From Cycas panzhihuaensis (lineage: Eukaryota; Plantae; Cycadophyta), in contig CM041465.1 in assembly GCA_023213395.1 (NCBI GenBank), positions 21,142,001 to 21,206,000 of the forward strand: 64,000 bases of DNA, written 5' to 3'. The translations under genes and the position numbers were made by a program. Positions 13,029 to 25,832 of this stretch are shown piece after piece; position 1 is the first letter of the stretch, and each line of letters opens with the position of its first letter. The notes below the pieces were generated by a model that saw only the letters and a program-made list of their open reading frames with translations, did not search any database and was not told the origin of the DNA.

Positions 13029-15412
13029 TGGTGCATTCTTAGGAGGACCTAAACTAGATATCCCTCAATTGTTAAGGTATTATCTTTATTTTGATTAAAA
13101 GTGGAAGATATGTAGTTTAGGTAGTCCTAAGGGACCACCTTTACCCAACTCCTAAGAAGGAGACTTTGCCTAGTTATGCCATCTAATAAAGTGAATGTAA
13201 AATATGACGAAAGGTATGGATATGAAAGGGGTGTAGTAGAATCCACTAATCTACAAAATTGGGTAAAGGAGTTCTGGATTCAGAGCTACATTGATAGTAT
13301 TTTTAATATCCTTCCTAGGGACTCATTTCATATAATCTTTTCAACCTTTTAGGTTCTATTGGAATGCAGGAAAGGGTAAGCAAATGCAAAAAATTATCCT
13401 TCATATTTCACTCCTGTTTCTTGTTTTTTTTGTTTCTCCATCTTGTTTACATTTGCCTTGTTTTGTTCTCTTTTTCTTTTTATTTTTGGTTTTTATTTTT
13501 TATGTCTCCTTTTTGTACTTTTTATTTTTTTAATTTAAGAAAGCAAAACAAAATACATCAAAAGCCTACTTTACTTCTAATTAACAAACAAAGGAAAAAA
13601 ATAAAACTAGATGCATGTAAACACTTTTCACGTCTTTTTCATTTTCTTTAAAAAAAATAAAAGATGCAAATACAAATATGAAATTATCTTTCTACATGTA
13701 ACATATGCACCTTACAATGAATGGAAAGATACATTTTAGAGATGTAATACATGCAATATGACCATTTATACAAACTTTCCAAAGATACCAATAACATGGA
13801 ATGCCATTTGATAAATGTCACTTTATATACATGTAACTAATCCTTTGAAATGATGATTTATCATGCAAAAAAAAGAAGAGATTTAAATAAGATATTACTC
13901 CTATTTTTAATGGTTTTTCAGATTTATAAGATCATCACAACTTCTAGACAAGAAACTAGCTTCAAAGACTCTATCATAGTTAGAGTAAGAAAGACTCCTA
14001 AAGGATCCTTGAGCCTTTAACAAATTAAAAAATTAGACATACATTCACTATTCAATAATTTTAACTTTTCTTTTAAAGAGCACAAAGGTAAACTTGAGAG
14101 TGAAACCAAGTAAACCATAATACTATGAAATTGAAACTTCTTTCCTATTGCAAATAAATCCCTCAGAATGGTAATTTTCCTTCCAGTTGATCATCATTTT
14201 TCAATACTTTCCTTTAAAACAAACCAAGGGAGAAAGCCAAGCAAAAAAAAAAAGGCTAAATCATAACCAAGCAATGCTAAAAAGGGTGGCAAATTGCTTG
14301 AAATACAAGCTACTATAGAAGAATAAGAAGGGATAGCTAGATGAGAAGTGGAGAGATGACCATGCCCCACCCTATTCTAACCCTTAAGGAACCCCAGAAA
14401 GGGCTAACCTTTCAACAAGTATTTCAAAGCCCAAAATGAGTACAAGACCAATACAGCAACTAGCCAAAGAAAAGAGCAATTTTTGAGTAAAATCCACCTT
14501 TAAAACACTTTGAAATAAACAAGAAACTAAATAGGAAATACCTTACCCAATTAGAATAAGTTTGAAGCATGAAATTTAATGAAAAAGTTCAAAAGAATGA
14601 ATCCCAGACCATCAACATTTAAATATCAGCAACATATGAAGTCACAACATCAAAAATCTTCTATGATTTCACCCGCAAGTCTCTTCAAAATCCCAAATTT
14701 AGTCACAATAATAGTAGTCATCAAAATCTCTAAAAAAACTAAAAATAATCCCCTACAAACTTGAGCAAATCACCACTAACTCATCAACAATAAATCACAA
14801 AACCCTCAACATCATTCGTAGGCATCAAAGAGATCAAATCCCACCAAATCTAGGTGGTGACATGTAAAAGTTTGGTGCACTGGCTAAGTTTTATATGCAT
14901 GATAGTCAAAAATATGACTGGTCATATTTTTGGACTTACAAAAATGTGACTTTACCCTAAAATTGTGACACATATAGAGGTAAAATTTTGTTCAAAGAAA
15001 AGTCAAAATTTGATATTAAATAAAAATTGAAGTACAAATGACTTTATAAATGAATAAATAGGCCCAGAACAAGGTGAAAATGCTAAATACAAATCCAAAA
15101 GTGATAAGAAATGACAAAGTTGGGTAAAATCAAGGACAAAAATATAAAAATAAAATGGTTTAAAGAGGAATTAGGTAAAATTGATTATGAAAAATAATTT
15201 TAGTACCATAGTCTTAGTCATGAGTAGATGATAGTATAAATACAAGTCAAGCCATTTCATCATAAGTCATTAAACCACATTCATTCATTCCTTCATCAAA
15301 ACATGTCCTAACTCATAATCAAATAAATCCATCCTTCATTCTTCATGAAACCATACAACAACCATGTTAAAACTTACAACTACAACCCAAATACCAATCA
15401 AGGACTAGGTTT
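13029..15412 (-). repeat. 5' LTR of A (~2.4 kb, outer ~10 bp lost)
   Basis: Ends ..CACCA on the - strand before the decayed PBS (TTTGACTGTAGTGGGGA). Homologous to 1-265. 13141-13170 resembles the G LTR end at ~45995-46022 (rc). Confidence 0.75.
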
Positions 15413-15433
15413 TAGGTTTAGGTGATTAATAAA

Positions 15434-16968
15434 CTTGGGCAATATGACTAACATCATTATTTAATATGATCCCCTACATTTCCTAATGACAAAATCTAAC
15501 CTCATAGGGCAAGAAGAGAAGTGGCTAGTTCTCCTATAAGAACATGAATTACAAATTATTAATGAAAAATCCAAGAAGAGTATGGTTATCATAGAGTAGT
15601 TGGCTTATGGACCCCTCCCTATTCTGATAAATTCCTTTATTGATGACTCTTTGCCTAATAAGATCATTATGGCCCTTAAGTAGATCACAAGATAAAGGTC
15701 AATTAATGATGAATGGTATTATGAATTCATTAATTATATAGTCTAGCAAATATATTTCATAGACATGAGTGACACGGTGAAATAATATGCAGGGGTTACA
15801 TCCTGATAATATTTCTTCATTTATGAGTACTCTATAAAAAATCTTTTGAAGGGGTTCTCCTTAAATATGTTAATCCCAAAAAAACATAGTGGATCCTCTA
15901 CAATTACCATAATGAAATCTATATAGGACACTTTAGTGGACAATCCATAACTTAGAGAATCCTATGAATGGATTTCTTCTAGACTACTTTGTTTAAGGAT
16001 GCCAAAGCCTCTATCCAAAAATATGAGAAATGCCAAGAATATTTTTAATATTGTTCACCAACCATCAGAGGATTTGTACACCATTATCTCTTCTTAGACT
16101 TCTTATAATGGTGTTTGGACCTCATTAAGGTTATTATGCCCCCATAGTCATCACAATATAAGTTCATCTTAACTATGACTAAATATTTAACAAAGTGACC
16201 TACGACAATACCTTTTTCCTTAACTACAGGCAACATTATCATCATGCTCATCTTCCAATACATTATTTATTATTTTGGGATCTTAGATATCTTGACCACA
16301 GATAATGGAACCTTATTCTATAATAAATAGGTAGTTGAATTATGCAATAAATTTCATATCAATCATTTGACCCTATTACCCAACTACCCTCAAGCAAATG
16401 GATAGATTGAGATATCAATAAAACTCTCATCTCAATCTTAAAGAAGATGGTAACCAAATCTTAATGAGATTAGCACTAATAATTATACCTACCATGTGGG
16501 CCTATCCAATATCCATACAAAATACTATAGGCAAAATGTCATGGGATTGATAGCCTTCTTACTTATCTATGGGTTAGAAGTAGTCCTTCTACTTAAAGTT
16601 GAAATTCCATCTCTAAGGTTATCAATGAAAGGTTTTATCAATGGAGAGTGACATTGTTAGGTATGTCTCTTGGACTTAAAAGCCTTAGATAAATATCACT
16701 TAGCAATATATGAAAATAATTTGGCTTCTAAAGCAAAAGCTTAATGGGCCCATGGCAAACATCTAAGGGCTAAAAAAATGCCCTAGGGGATAAGGTCCTT
16801 AAATAAGAGTATTTACATGATTATCTTCCAAAATTTTCTCCTAAATATATAGGCCTATTTATGGTTTTGGAGGACCTTTAAAATGGCACCTATTGAATTT
16901 CTACTCTTAGGGGCCTTGAGTTTAAGAAATTAATTAATTGATTAAATTTTAAAAAGTTTTTTAGTTAA
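15434..16968 (+). pseudogene. RNase H C-terminus and integrase of C
   Basis: LMTKSNLIGQEEKWLVLL*EHEL, HNEIYIGHFSG (15908), LTTDNGT (16292), YPQANG, LKVEIPSL; ends KKFFS* at 16968. Confidence 0.9.
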
Positions 16969-17019
16969 AAATGTTGCTACCTATGATATAAAATAACTTT
17001 AAAGTACCTATGCTTTGGT

Positions 17020-17150
17020 GTAAACCTAAACTACTATTATGTTTTGAAATGAGCTTAAACTACCTACACTCTAAAATAAGTCTAAACTATATTATACTCC
17101 TTTATAAGTATAAACTAGACCTTCATTCTAAATTTAGCCTAAACTATGAT
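17020..17150. repeat. ~27-29-bp tandem array with core ATRAGYHTAAACTA
   Basis: Five units at ~17021, 17048, 17075, 17103 and 17133. Confidence 0.75.
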
Positions 17151-17163
17151 GCACTCCTCTATA

Positions 17164-17450
17164 TGTAATTAATCATTACACCAAGACCTCAAGGTGTTAA
17201 TGAAGATAACCTAGATGCATAATATTACCCCTTCTATAAGGAAACAATGTCTCAGTGACCTACTTTCAATAAATTTTCACCTCATAGGACCCTGGGTAAA
17301 CACTATTATGCTAACGTTCTACTAAGGTCTTCCCATTTAAGGTCATCCCCTTTGAGAATTAAAACCATGACCTTAGATGTGATACCACTTGTAATGAAAT
17401 GTTATACCAAAATCTCAAGGTGCTAATATAGATCACCCAAGTGTGTTATA
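17164..17450 (-). mobile_element. 287-bp mini-TRIM (non-autonomous LTR element) with 61-bp LTRs
   Basis: Ungapped direct repeats 17164-17224 and 17390-17450 (44/61 identical, TGTAAT..ATA). Decayed iMet PBS, rc of GATGTGATACCA, at 17376-17387. PPT, rc of TTACCCCTT, at 17225-17233. Flanks CTATA/ATATA. Confidence 0.8.
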
Positions 17451-18997
17451 ATATAAATTAGGTTATGGCTCAAAATAACCCTAAACTATTTATGATTTAC
17501 CAAGAGCTAAAGACTGAAAATCCCTTTGAATTGGCCATTAAAAAGATAGAACTATGATGATTCATGTTACTATGTTGAGAATGCCTATGACAATATATTA
17601 ATATTTTGTATCTATTATGTCATCCTATTCTCTATCATGAGGAAAACGTCCCCCATGGGGGTATTACACTCCTCCATGAGTATAAACTAGCATTACACTC
17701 CATCATGAGTATAAGTTACCACTAGTTGATATCATTTTTAAAAATTATAAAAAGTTTCAAAATCTAAAAACCCAAAAATATATATGTGTACATGAATATA
17801 TCTAATATAATTCAACTCTAAAATTTAGAAAAAACTATTTTTATTTTTAAATGTATTATATGCGTATGATACACCATCCATAAGATATGGTAAAAGTTGA
17901 ATACATGATACTCATATCTCAAACATAATGATAAATAACTTTCGCAAAGATATAAAGTCATAATATGGGAGATTAAGTCAACATCCTATATATATACATA
18001 AAATAATATGTGTATATAAAGAGTTAAAGGAGCTATAGTCTTTACAAGGGTATGTAAAATCTCAACAAACAAGTAAATACACACATCCTAACCCTCATTG
18101 ATCTAATTTTCCTCTCTTATAAATGGTATAACAATGACATATATAATATAAAGGTGTCATACATAAGCCCCTTTACTATTACTCATCTTTGAGGTATCTC
18201 AAAGCTATCAACAAGTCATACCAATTAGGGGCACTATGAGTGACTTGCCTTGCTTACCTTATCTTTCTACCTCCTATTACCTCATTACTCTATGGTAGTG
18301 TGTGCCCTCATATAGGTATGTGAGGACCTCTTTACTTGGTAATTAACCAATTACTCATATGAAGCTTATGTCTGGTCCCTCTTTGTAGTTATAATAATGG
18401 CATGTGCTATTGCTATGGCCAACTGAGTCTATAAGATAGTGAATCATACCTCTACCCTTAGTATAGCCTATAATGGGGGCATTATTATTAGAGCCATGGT
18501 TGCCTATAAGAATTGTCCTTCTTATTCCACCATTTGAGTTATTGTGCCTTAAAGCTAAGTGATGCTAACATCCTACTAATTAATGGTGGTATTCCTCTCG
18601 ATAATCATGGCATTCATCTAAGTGGTCCTTGCCTATAACTCCCCTTAGCCATCCCCCCACATGGTTAATACCCTTACTAATAGGGGAAATATTATCATGT
18701 ATGGTCAAGCTAGGATTGGCTCATCTATACTTAGTATGAAATGTTAACCCTTCATGTGAATCATCCCAAACAATGATTATAATACCCGGTAAGCAAAATC
18801 AAGAATAGAGATACCATGTATAATACAAAAAGCAAGAATAGAGTCAATAAGTATGGGGGATATCAAATCAATAGCTAAAATAGAAAGTAAATCAAAATAG
18901 AGTGCTAAAAGAAGTGGAGAAAGAGGCAAGATAAATACCAATAGTAAGACCCTAGTCATTATCCCCTTATGTAGGGCTACCACCCAATCCATACCTC

Positions 18998-21900
18998 TAT
19001 TGTAAAAATGAGGTCCCAATAACCAAAACCCACCACCAAGATCTAAACTATGTTACAAATAGTTATAGGAATCAAAACTAAAATTTTATATACAAGTTCT
19101 TAAACTAGAGATAATACAATAAATGAATTAGAAATCTAAAGAATCACATATATACCTGATATAATGTGGTAAAACCCTAATAGTGTGCTAGGGAAACATC
19201 CACATAGGAAAGGTATCGATCTTTATTATCAAAGAATGGAGAAATATACATAATATATAATAGAATACTCATAGCAGTAACAACCATATGCCCAACTCCT
19301 CACAGTATATCCAATACATCAAATACCATCAACATAATGAAAAAACACACTAAATCAGGCTATATAAAAGAGTTATATAAGGCATAGATCTTGACCATCA
19401 AATTTAGGTATTTTGAATGAATGACCCCAATTGTCTTTATAATTTAGTATGTTTTTTAGTCCTAGATTTTTGGGTCAAGGCTTACCATGCTTGAACCCCC
19501 TCTTTATGGGGGGGGGGCAGTGACCCCCATACCCCCTGGCTAAGGGGGGCTCTTACAACCCTTGGATCCCACCAAGGAAGTTTGGGTAAGAAATTGCATT
19601 GCTAACCTATTAAAATTTTAGCCTCCAAAACATTGTTATTACATTATCTAATAATCTCCACCTTAATAATGATTTACCTAATACCTTTCCTGGACCATTC
19701 ATCACCTTTTCTACAAGCTAAGAGAAATCAAATACCATTTGAACTTCTCCAATAGTACTAGTTTTGTGAACATATCAGCATAATTCTATTTTGTGTTAAC
19801 CTTCTCAAGTGCCACTCCACCTACTTCCATAACCTATCTAACAAAATGGTACTTAAGAGCAATATGCTTTGTCTTACTATAATAAGTTGGATTCTTTGCT
19901 AAGTAAATAATACTTTGACTATCACAAAATATCTTTACCTTTTCCTATTTCCTTCTAAGCTTAACTAGTAGATATTGCAACCAGATTACTTCTTTACAAG
20001 CATGTGATATACCAATATATTCTACTTGTGTAGTCGATAATATAATTGTACTCTATAATTTTGACATCCAACTAACCAAACCATTTACAAGAGTAAATAT
20101 ATAACCTAAAGTAAACCTTCTCTTATCTAAATCTCTTATAAATTCTAAATAAATATATTGACAAACCTGATTACCTGTACCTCCAAAGGTGATACAATAG
20201 TCACTTGTGCCCCTCAAATACTAAAGAACCCATTTCACTGCTGCCTATGTTCCTTTCCTGGATTTTCTATAAGCCTACTAACTACACTGAGTGCATGTGA
20301 AATGTCAGGTCTTATACATAACATGGCATATATCAAACTTCCTACTACACTGGCATAAGGTACATGAGATATATAATCTTTTTTTTCTTCATTACTAGGA
20401 CTCATACTCAAAGAAAACTTGAAATAGGAAGCCAACAGGATACTCATTGGTTTCACATCTTCCATACTAAATCTAGCTAGTACCTTCTCCATATATTTCT
20501 ACTATGATAACTATAGCTTATAATTTTTTCTATCTCTATGTATCTCCATACCTAAGATTTATTTTACAGCCCCTGGATCCTTCATATCAAAAGTCTTAAC
20601 TAATTGAGCCTTTAACTTATTGATTTCTACCATGCTCTTTCTTGTAACTAGTATGTCATCAACATATAATACTAAGAGAATGAATAAACCATTGTCCAAG
20701 AATTGAAAGTAAACACAATGATCATACTCACTTCTTTTAAAATTTTGGCTCTCCATGAAGGCATCAAACTTCCTATACCATTGTCTGGGTGATTGCTACA
20801 AGCCATATAATGATTTCTTGAGCCTATAAATAAGTCTGTTCCTACCATCCTATACAAACCCTTCTAGCTAATCTATATAGATCTCCTCATCTAAATCTCC
20901 ATGCATAAAATTCATTTTTATATCTAACTATTCTAACTCCAAATCAAGAGAAGCTACCAATGCTAATAGAATTTGAATTGAAATAAGTTCAACAACTAGT
21001 GAAAAGATCTCATGAAAATCAATACCTACTTTTTATGTAAACCATTTAGCCACCAGTGTTACCTTGTATTTGTCAGCCTTTTCATCAACATCTATTTTCT
21101 TCTAAAAAACCCACCTATAACTAATAGTCTTCCTACCATATGGTAGTTCTACCAAGTCCCATGAATTTCTTTTTTTTCAAAGTATCTATCTCTTCTTGCA
21201 TAACCCTCTTCCACTTCTCACTATAAATATCATCCATTACTTCCTGATAGTGTGTAGGCTCACCATCATAAAAAATTAAAGTAATATAAATAGAAGGATT
21301 GTACCTATCAGGTGGATGACTGAATCATATAGATCTTCTAATAGTTTGTGGAGGAATATCCATATACTTCTATAAATCTACTATAAATTCATCTTTAGAA
21401 AAGTCTTCTTACTCTTTTATTTTCAAAGATGGCTAGGTCTCAAGATTGTCCTATTGATGTTTAACTTTATACTCCTATTTCACTTTAACTTCTACACTAT
21501 TTAATTTTAGAAAGAGAGAATAATCAAATATAACATCTCTATTAATAGTGATTTTATGCATAGTAGGATCCCACAACCTGTATCCCTTCAAACCATCTCT
21601 ATCACCATAACCAACAAACATACATCTCTTAGATTTCGAATCTAACTTTGAACATTGACTTTTATTAGTCAAGGCATAAGTATCACAACCAAAAACTTTC
21701 AAATTTGAATAGTCACATGGATGTCCAGTCTATACCTCTTTAGGAATCTTGTAGTCTATTACAAGTGATGGTGACATGTTTACTAAATAACAAGTTATTT
21801 GAATAACTTCTACCCATAAGCCTTGCTCCACTCCATCATTACCTAGCATTCTTTTCACTCTTTCTAAGAGTGTCTTATTCATGTGCTCAGTTATACCAAT

Positions 21901-24353
21901 CTGCTATGGAGTATAGTTAGTGGTCTTATGCCTTTCAATCCTAGCTTCTCTGCAATAGTTCTCAAACTCTAAGGAGTTGAACTCACCTCTATTGCTAGTT
22001 CTTAAATATTTGATTAAGTTGCTAGTGATCTTCTCGACTAGAGCTTTGAACAACTTAAGCACACTGAAAGCTTTAGATTTCCTTTTTAAAACATAGACTC
22101 ATATCTTTCTAAAGTAATCATTTATAAATGTAATAAAGTATAATGATCCTCCCTAAGATATTACAGGGGTTGGTCCCCACACATCTAAATATGCATAATC
22201 CAAAACACTTTTACTAGTATGACTCCCTACTTTAAGCCTGAGTCTACACTACATTCTAAAAATACAATGTTTATAAAAAGTCAAATTTGAAAGTTGTAAG
22301 TTAGGAAGCAACTTATAATTCATCAGCATTTTGATTCCTCTCTTACTCATGTTCCCAAGTCTCTAATACCATAACTAAGATGGATCTTTTGTAGTCTTTA
22401 ATGTTGTAGCTACATGGATGACATCTATACTTCCCACTAAATGTAAAGGTTTCTTTTCTTTATGGCTTTCATAATAACCAAGGTGCCCTTTAACACCTTC
22501 AAGAATCTTTCATAACTTGTGTACTTATAACTACTAGAATATAATTCACCCAAGGAAATTAGATTCTTTTTAGATCAGGTATATATCTAGCTTCAATTAG
22601 TATTCTCACTATATCATCAAACATTTTAATTCTAATGTTACCAATGCCTACTTTCTTATAAGAATCTTTATTTTCCATAAGTACATCATCACCATTAAGA
22701 GTTTGGTATAATAGAAACTAACACTTATGTGGATACATATGGTGTGAAGCACTTGAATCTAATAACCAGTCATGATTATAATGGGAAATATTACAAGCAA
22801 CTAAGACTTCATCACCCATACCTTGATTTGACTCCACCTAATTAGCCTCCTTGGTAGGATCTTTCTTTTTCTGAAACTCCTTCCTTTTATAGCAATCCTT
22901 CTTGAGGTGACTTATCTTATTATAGTGCCAACATTTAAGGTTACTCTTCTTGCCTTTTGACTTTAATCTCATTGTGTCCCTAGAGCTTTGTCCTCTCTCA
23001 ATCATTCTACCCTTTACTGTCATAGCTTCTGGTATGGAGGCTTCATGACTGGACTTCCTCCATACTTCTTCCATCAACAAAGCACTCGTAACAGAATCGT
23101 AGTCTAATTTATCTGTAGTGCTAAAACTAATTAAGGTGACAATATTATTCTAGGATTCTAGTAATGAATATAATAAGGTAATAACCTTATCTTCATCCTC
23201 AATCATGACATCGATATTAGCCAACTAACAAATAAGAGTATAAAAAATATTTAAATGATTAGCAATTTTTATACATTCATTTATCCATAATAAGTACAAC
23301 TGCCTCTTCAAGTAGATTTGATTCGTCACTAATTTGGTCATGTATAAGCAAGCCTTCTAATCGAGTCCATAATCCTACTACTGTCTACTCACCTATGGTG
23401 TTAAATAGAACTTCATCTACCAAGCATAATCATATTGTGCTAATAGCCCTTTTGTCTAGATCATCCTATTCATCATCATCCATACCCATAGGTTTCTTTG
23501 ATTTGCCTACAAGAGCTTTATACAAATCTTATTATACCTGAACATCATACACTTTTAGCTTCCACAACTTAAAGTTGTTCCTGCCATTAAATTTCTCCAC
23601 CTCAAACTTTATATTAACTAGTTTTGCCATTTGGTATAGAAAAAGTTGACACTAAAACCTTCACAAACTTATTACAAAAATAAAAATGGCTGTGATACCA
23701 CTTATAAAAACTAGCTCCCAATAACCAAAAATTGCCACCAAGAGCTAAATTATTTTGTAACTAGTTATAGGAATTGAAACTAAAATTTAACTTGCAAGTT
23801 CTTAAACTAAACATAATACAATAAATGAATTAGAAAACTAGAGCATCATATATACACCTAATATAACATGGTAAAACCCTAGTAGTATGCTAAGGAAACA
23901 TCCACATAGGAAAGGTATTGATCTTTATTATCAAAGAATGGAGAAATATATATAATCTATACTAGAATGCTCACAGCAATAATAACTAGCTACCCAAATC
24001 CTTACACTATATCAAATACCATCAACATAATGAAAAATAGCCCTAAATTAGGCTATATGAGAGAGTCATACAAGGCATAAATCTCAACCATTGAATTTAG
24101 GGTATTTTGAACGAATAACCTTGATTCTCTTTATAATTTAGTATGCTTTTCAGTCTTAGCTTTTTGGGTCAAGGGCTATTGCCTCTGAATCCCCTTTTGA
24201 CGGGGGGGGGGGGGTTCCTATTCCCCCTATACCCCCTAACTAAGGGGGGCTCCCGCCCCTCTTGGATCCCCTTGAGGAAGTTTGGTGGGGAAATTTCACT
24301 ACCAACCTCTCAAAATTTTAGCCTCCAAAACATTGTTGTTACATTATCTAACA
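18998..24353 (-). mobile_element. Copia-1: full-length degenerate Ty1/Copia (Tnt1/Tork-like)
   Basis: LTRs 18998-19653 and 23703-24353. Perfect TSD ACCTC (18993-18997, 24354-24358). PBS TGGTATCACAGCC (23688-23700 rc). PPT AAGGTGGAGAT (19654-19664 rc). Confidence 0.96.
19711..23630 (-). pseudogene. Copia-1 gag-PR-INT-RT-RH polyprotein, disrupted
   Basis: Starts MAKLVNIKFEVEKFNGRNNFKLWK. Zn-knuckle remnant CWHYNKISHLKKDC. PR WLLDSSASHH. INT/SH3 KLDSKSKRCMFVGY..GYRLWDP. RT LYVDDIL and PYASVVGSLIYAM. RH KHIALKYHF. Confidence 0.95.
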
Positions 24354-24358
24354 ACCTC

Positions 24359-25209
24359 TACCTTTTGGGTCCTATACTATCTCTATGATTATAATAGGTT
24401 AGGTTGGGTCCTCTTATGGTACTTCATCTACTACAAGCTATGTTGGTATCCCATCTCCACCTCCATCGCCCCTCTCTATAGCCACTACCTCCTCCTTGAT
24501 GTTTAAATCCTAAATAACTCTAATATAGGTATTTGTAGTATATCAATCCATTCCTATATTGGCCAATAACTCAACATGTATTATGCTACTCATTTACTTG
24601 GTTATCCTAAAACTACAAAATCTAATAGAACACCTATAGACCAAGGGCCCTCAATCCACCACTTATTGTGGACTTACTCTCAGACCCACTCCTTTAAAAT
24701 GATAAAAAAACCAATAATATAAGAGCATATTATAGAAAAATCTATAATAGCCTATTATTAAAATTTGATCTAACTATACCCTTATGTTGGCCACAATCAA
24801 TGTAGACTAATCAGGTCTCTCTCTAGCCTTACAACATCAGCCAACCTCCATCCATATGTCTAGGAAATCAATGTAGTTCTATCAATGGATAATATAAAAT
24901 AGGATCATGTTGATAATGAGTTTTCATATAAGTAGAGCTCCTAAAGTAAAGTAAGTATCCTTAGTTGTCACCTTGATGATGCCAATATCCCCTTTGATAG
25001 AAAAATTAAATAATTTATGTATGTTCCCTAATTATGCTAAGAAGTGTCCCTAAGTTAAGAGGTATCCCAATGCAGGGAACCTTAAAAATCCTCCTTATAT
25101 CCTAAGTAGTCATACTAATATCCTTGACTAAGTGAAAGAAAAACACCTACCATCTTCTATCCTAATGCATAATAATATCAATTTATATAGCTTAATATGT
25201 GATGTACTG
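24359..25209 (-). pseudogene. Antisense PMD remnant of C (interrupted by Copia-1; continues to ~18200)
   Basis: rc of 24920-24990 reads GIIKVTTKDTYFTLGALLI*KLI (the ITLxDV..ILG equivalent). rc ~24770-24803 reads IDCGQH, versus IN*GQY in A. GA-rich tail. Confidence 0.55.
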
Positions 25210-25832
25210 CCATCATGTGACAAACCATAAGAGCCAAAAATAAGCCAAGATATTGTTAGTTTGATCATCTATATTTTAGGTAAGAGAAAGCATTTGAAAA
25301 CCAAAGTTTTTATAGTTATTCATCATAATAATGTTATAAATAAATACCCATACATAAGTCTAAGATCATATAAGACTATAAAAATATAAATATATATAAG
25401 TAAATAATAAATAAAATAATATTTATAAATATACAATATAATATACTTATGGGGAATCATCAGTTCTAATTATATTATGCTAAACCAATATATATTTATA
25501 ATACATATCACTACCTAGTTATTTAATCAAATTCTAGGAGCCACTTAGTCAACTAATAACTGATTACATAAAAAAGTATATGCATTATGATCTCATAGTA
25601 CATATTAAATGGATAATCATAGTAATTTAATATTTATGGATTAAAAATTACATAGCATTCCCCTTTTAATATCTAATCCATACTACATAACTACTTCAAA
25701 TATGATACTAGATGTATATAAAAGCTAAACATCTACTAGAGCACATGGGAGACTAGTTGTTATACCTGTTACTCCTCTAGAATGCCCTTCTTATACATGG
25801 TTCACTAAGATTTGCCTGCAAGTGACCTTCAC

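Larger units (their letters stand above)
1..15412 (-). mobile_element. Element A: degenerate Ty3/Gypsy non-chromovirus (OTA, Tat/Ogre-like) LTR retrotransposon; 3' LTR runs off the window start
   Basis: 1-265 is homologous to 15150-15410 (LTR pair). PPT at 278-289 precedes TGTTTCA on the - strand. Decayed PBS ~13005-13022. gag-PR-RT-RH-INT remnants at 6163-12900 and a ~6-kb 3' UTR. Confidence 0.9.

Noticed and set aside
15409-15422. Telomere-like TTTAGG repeats
   Set aside because: Only two imperfect units; not an interstitial telomere array.
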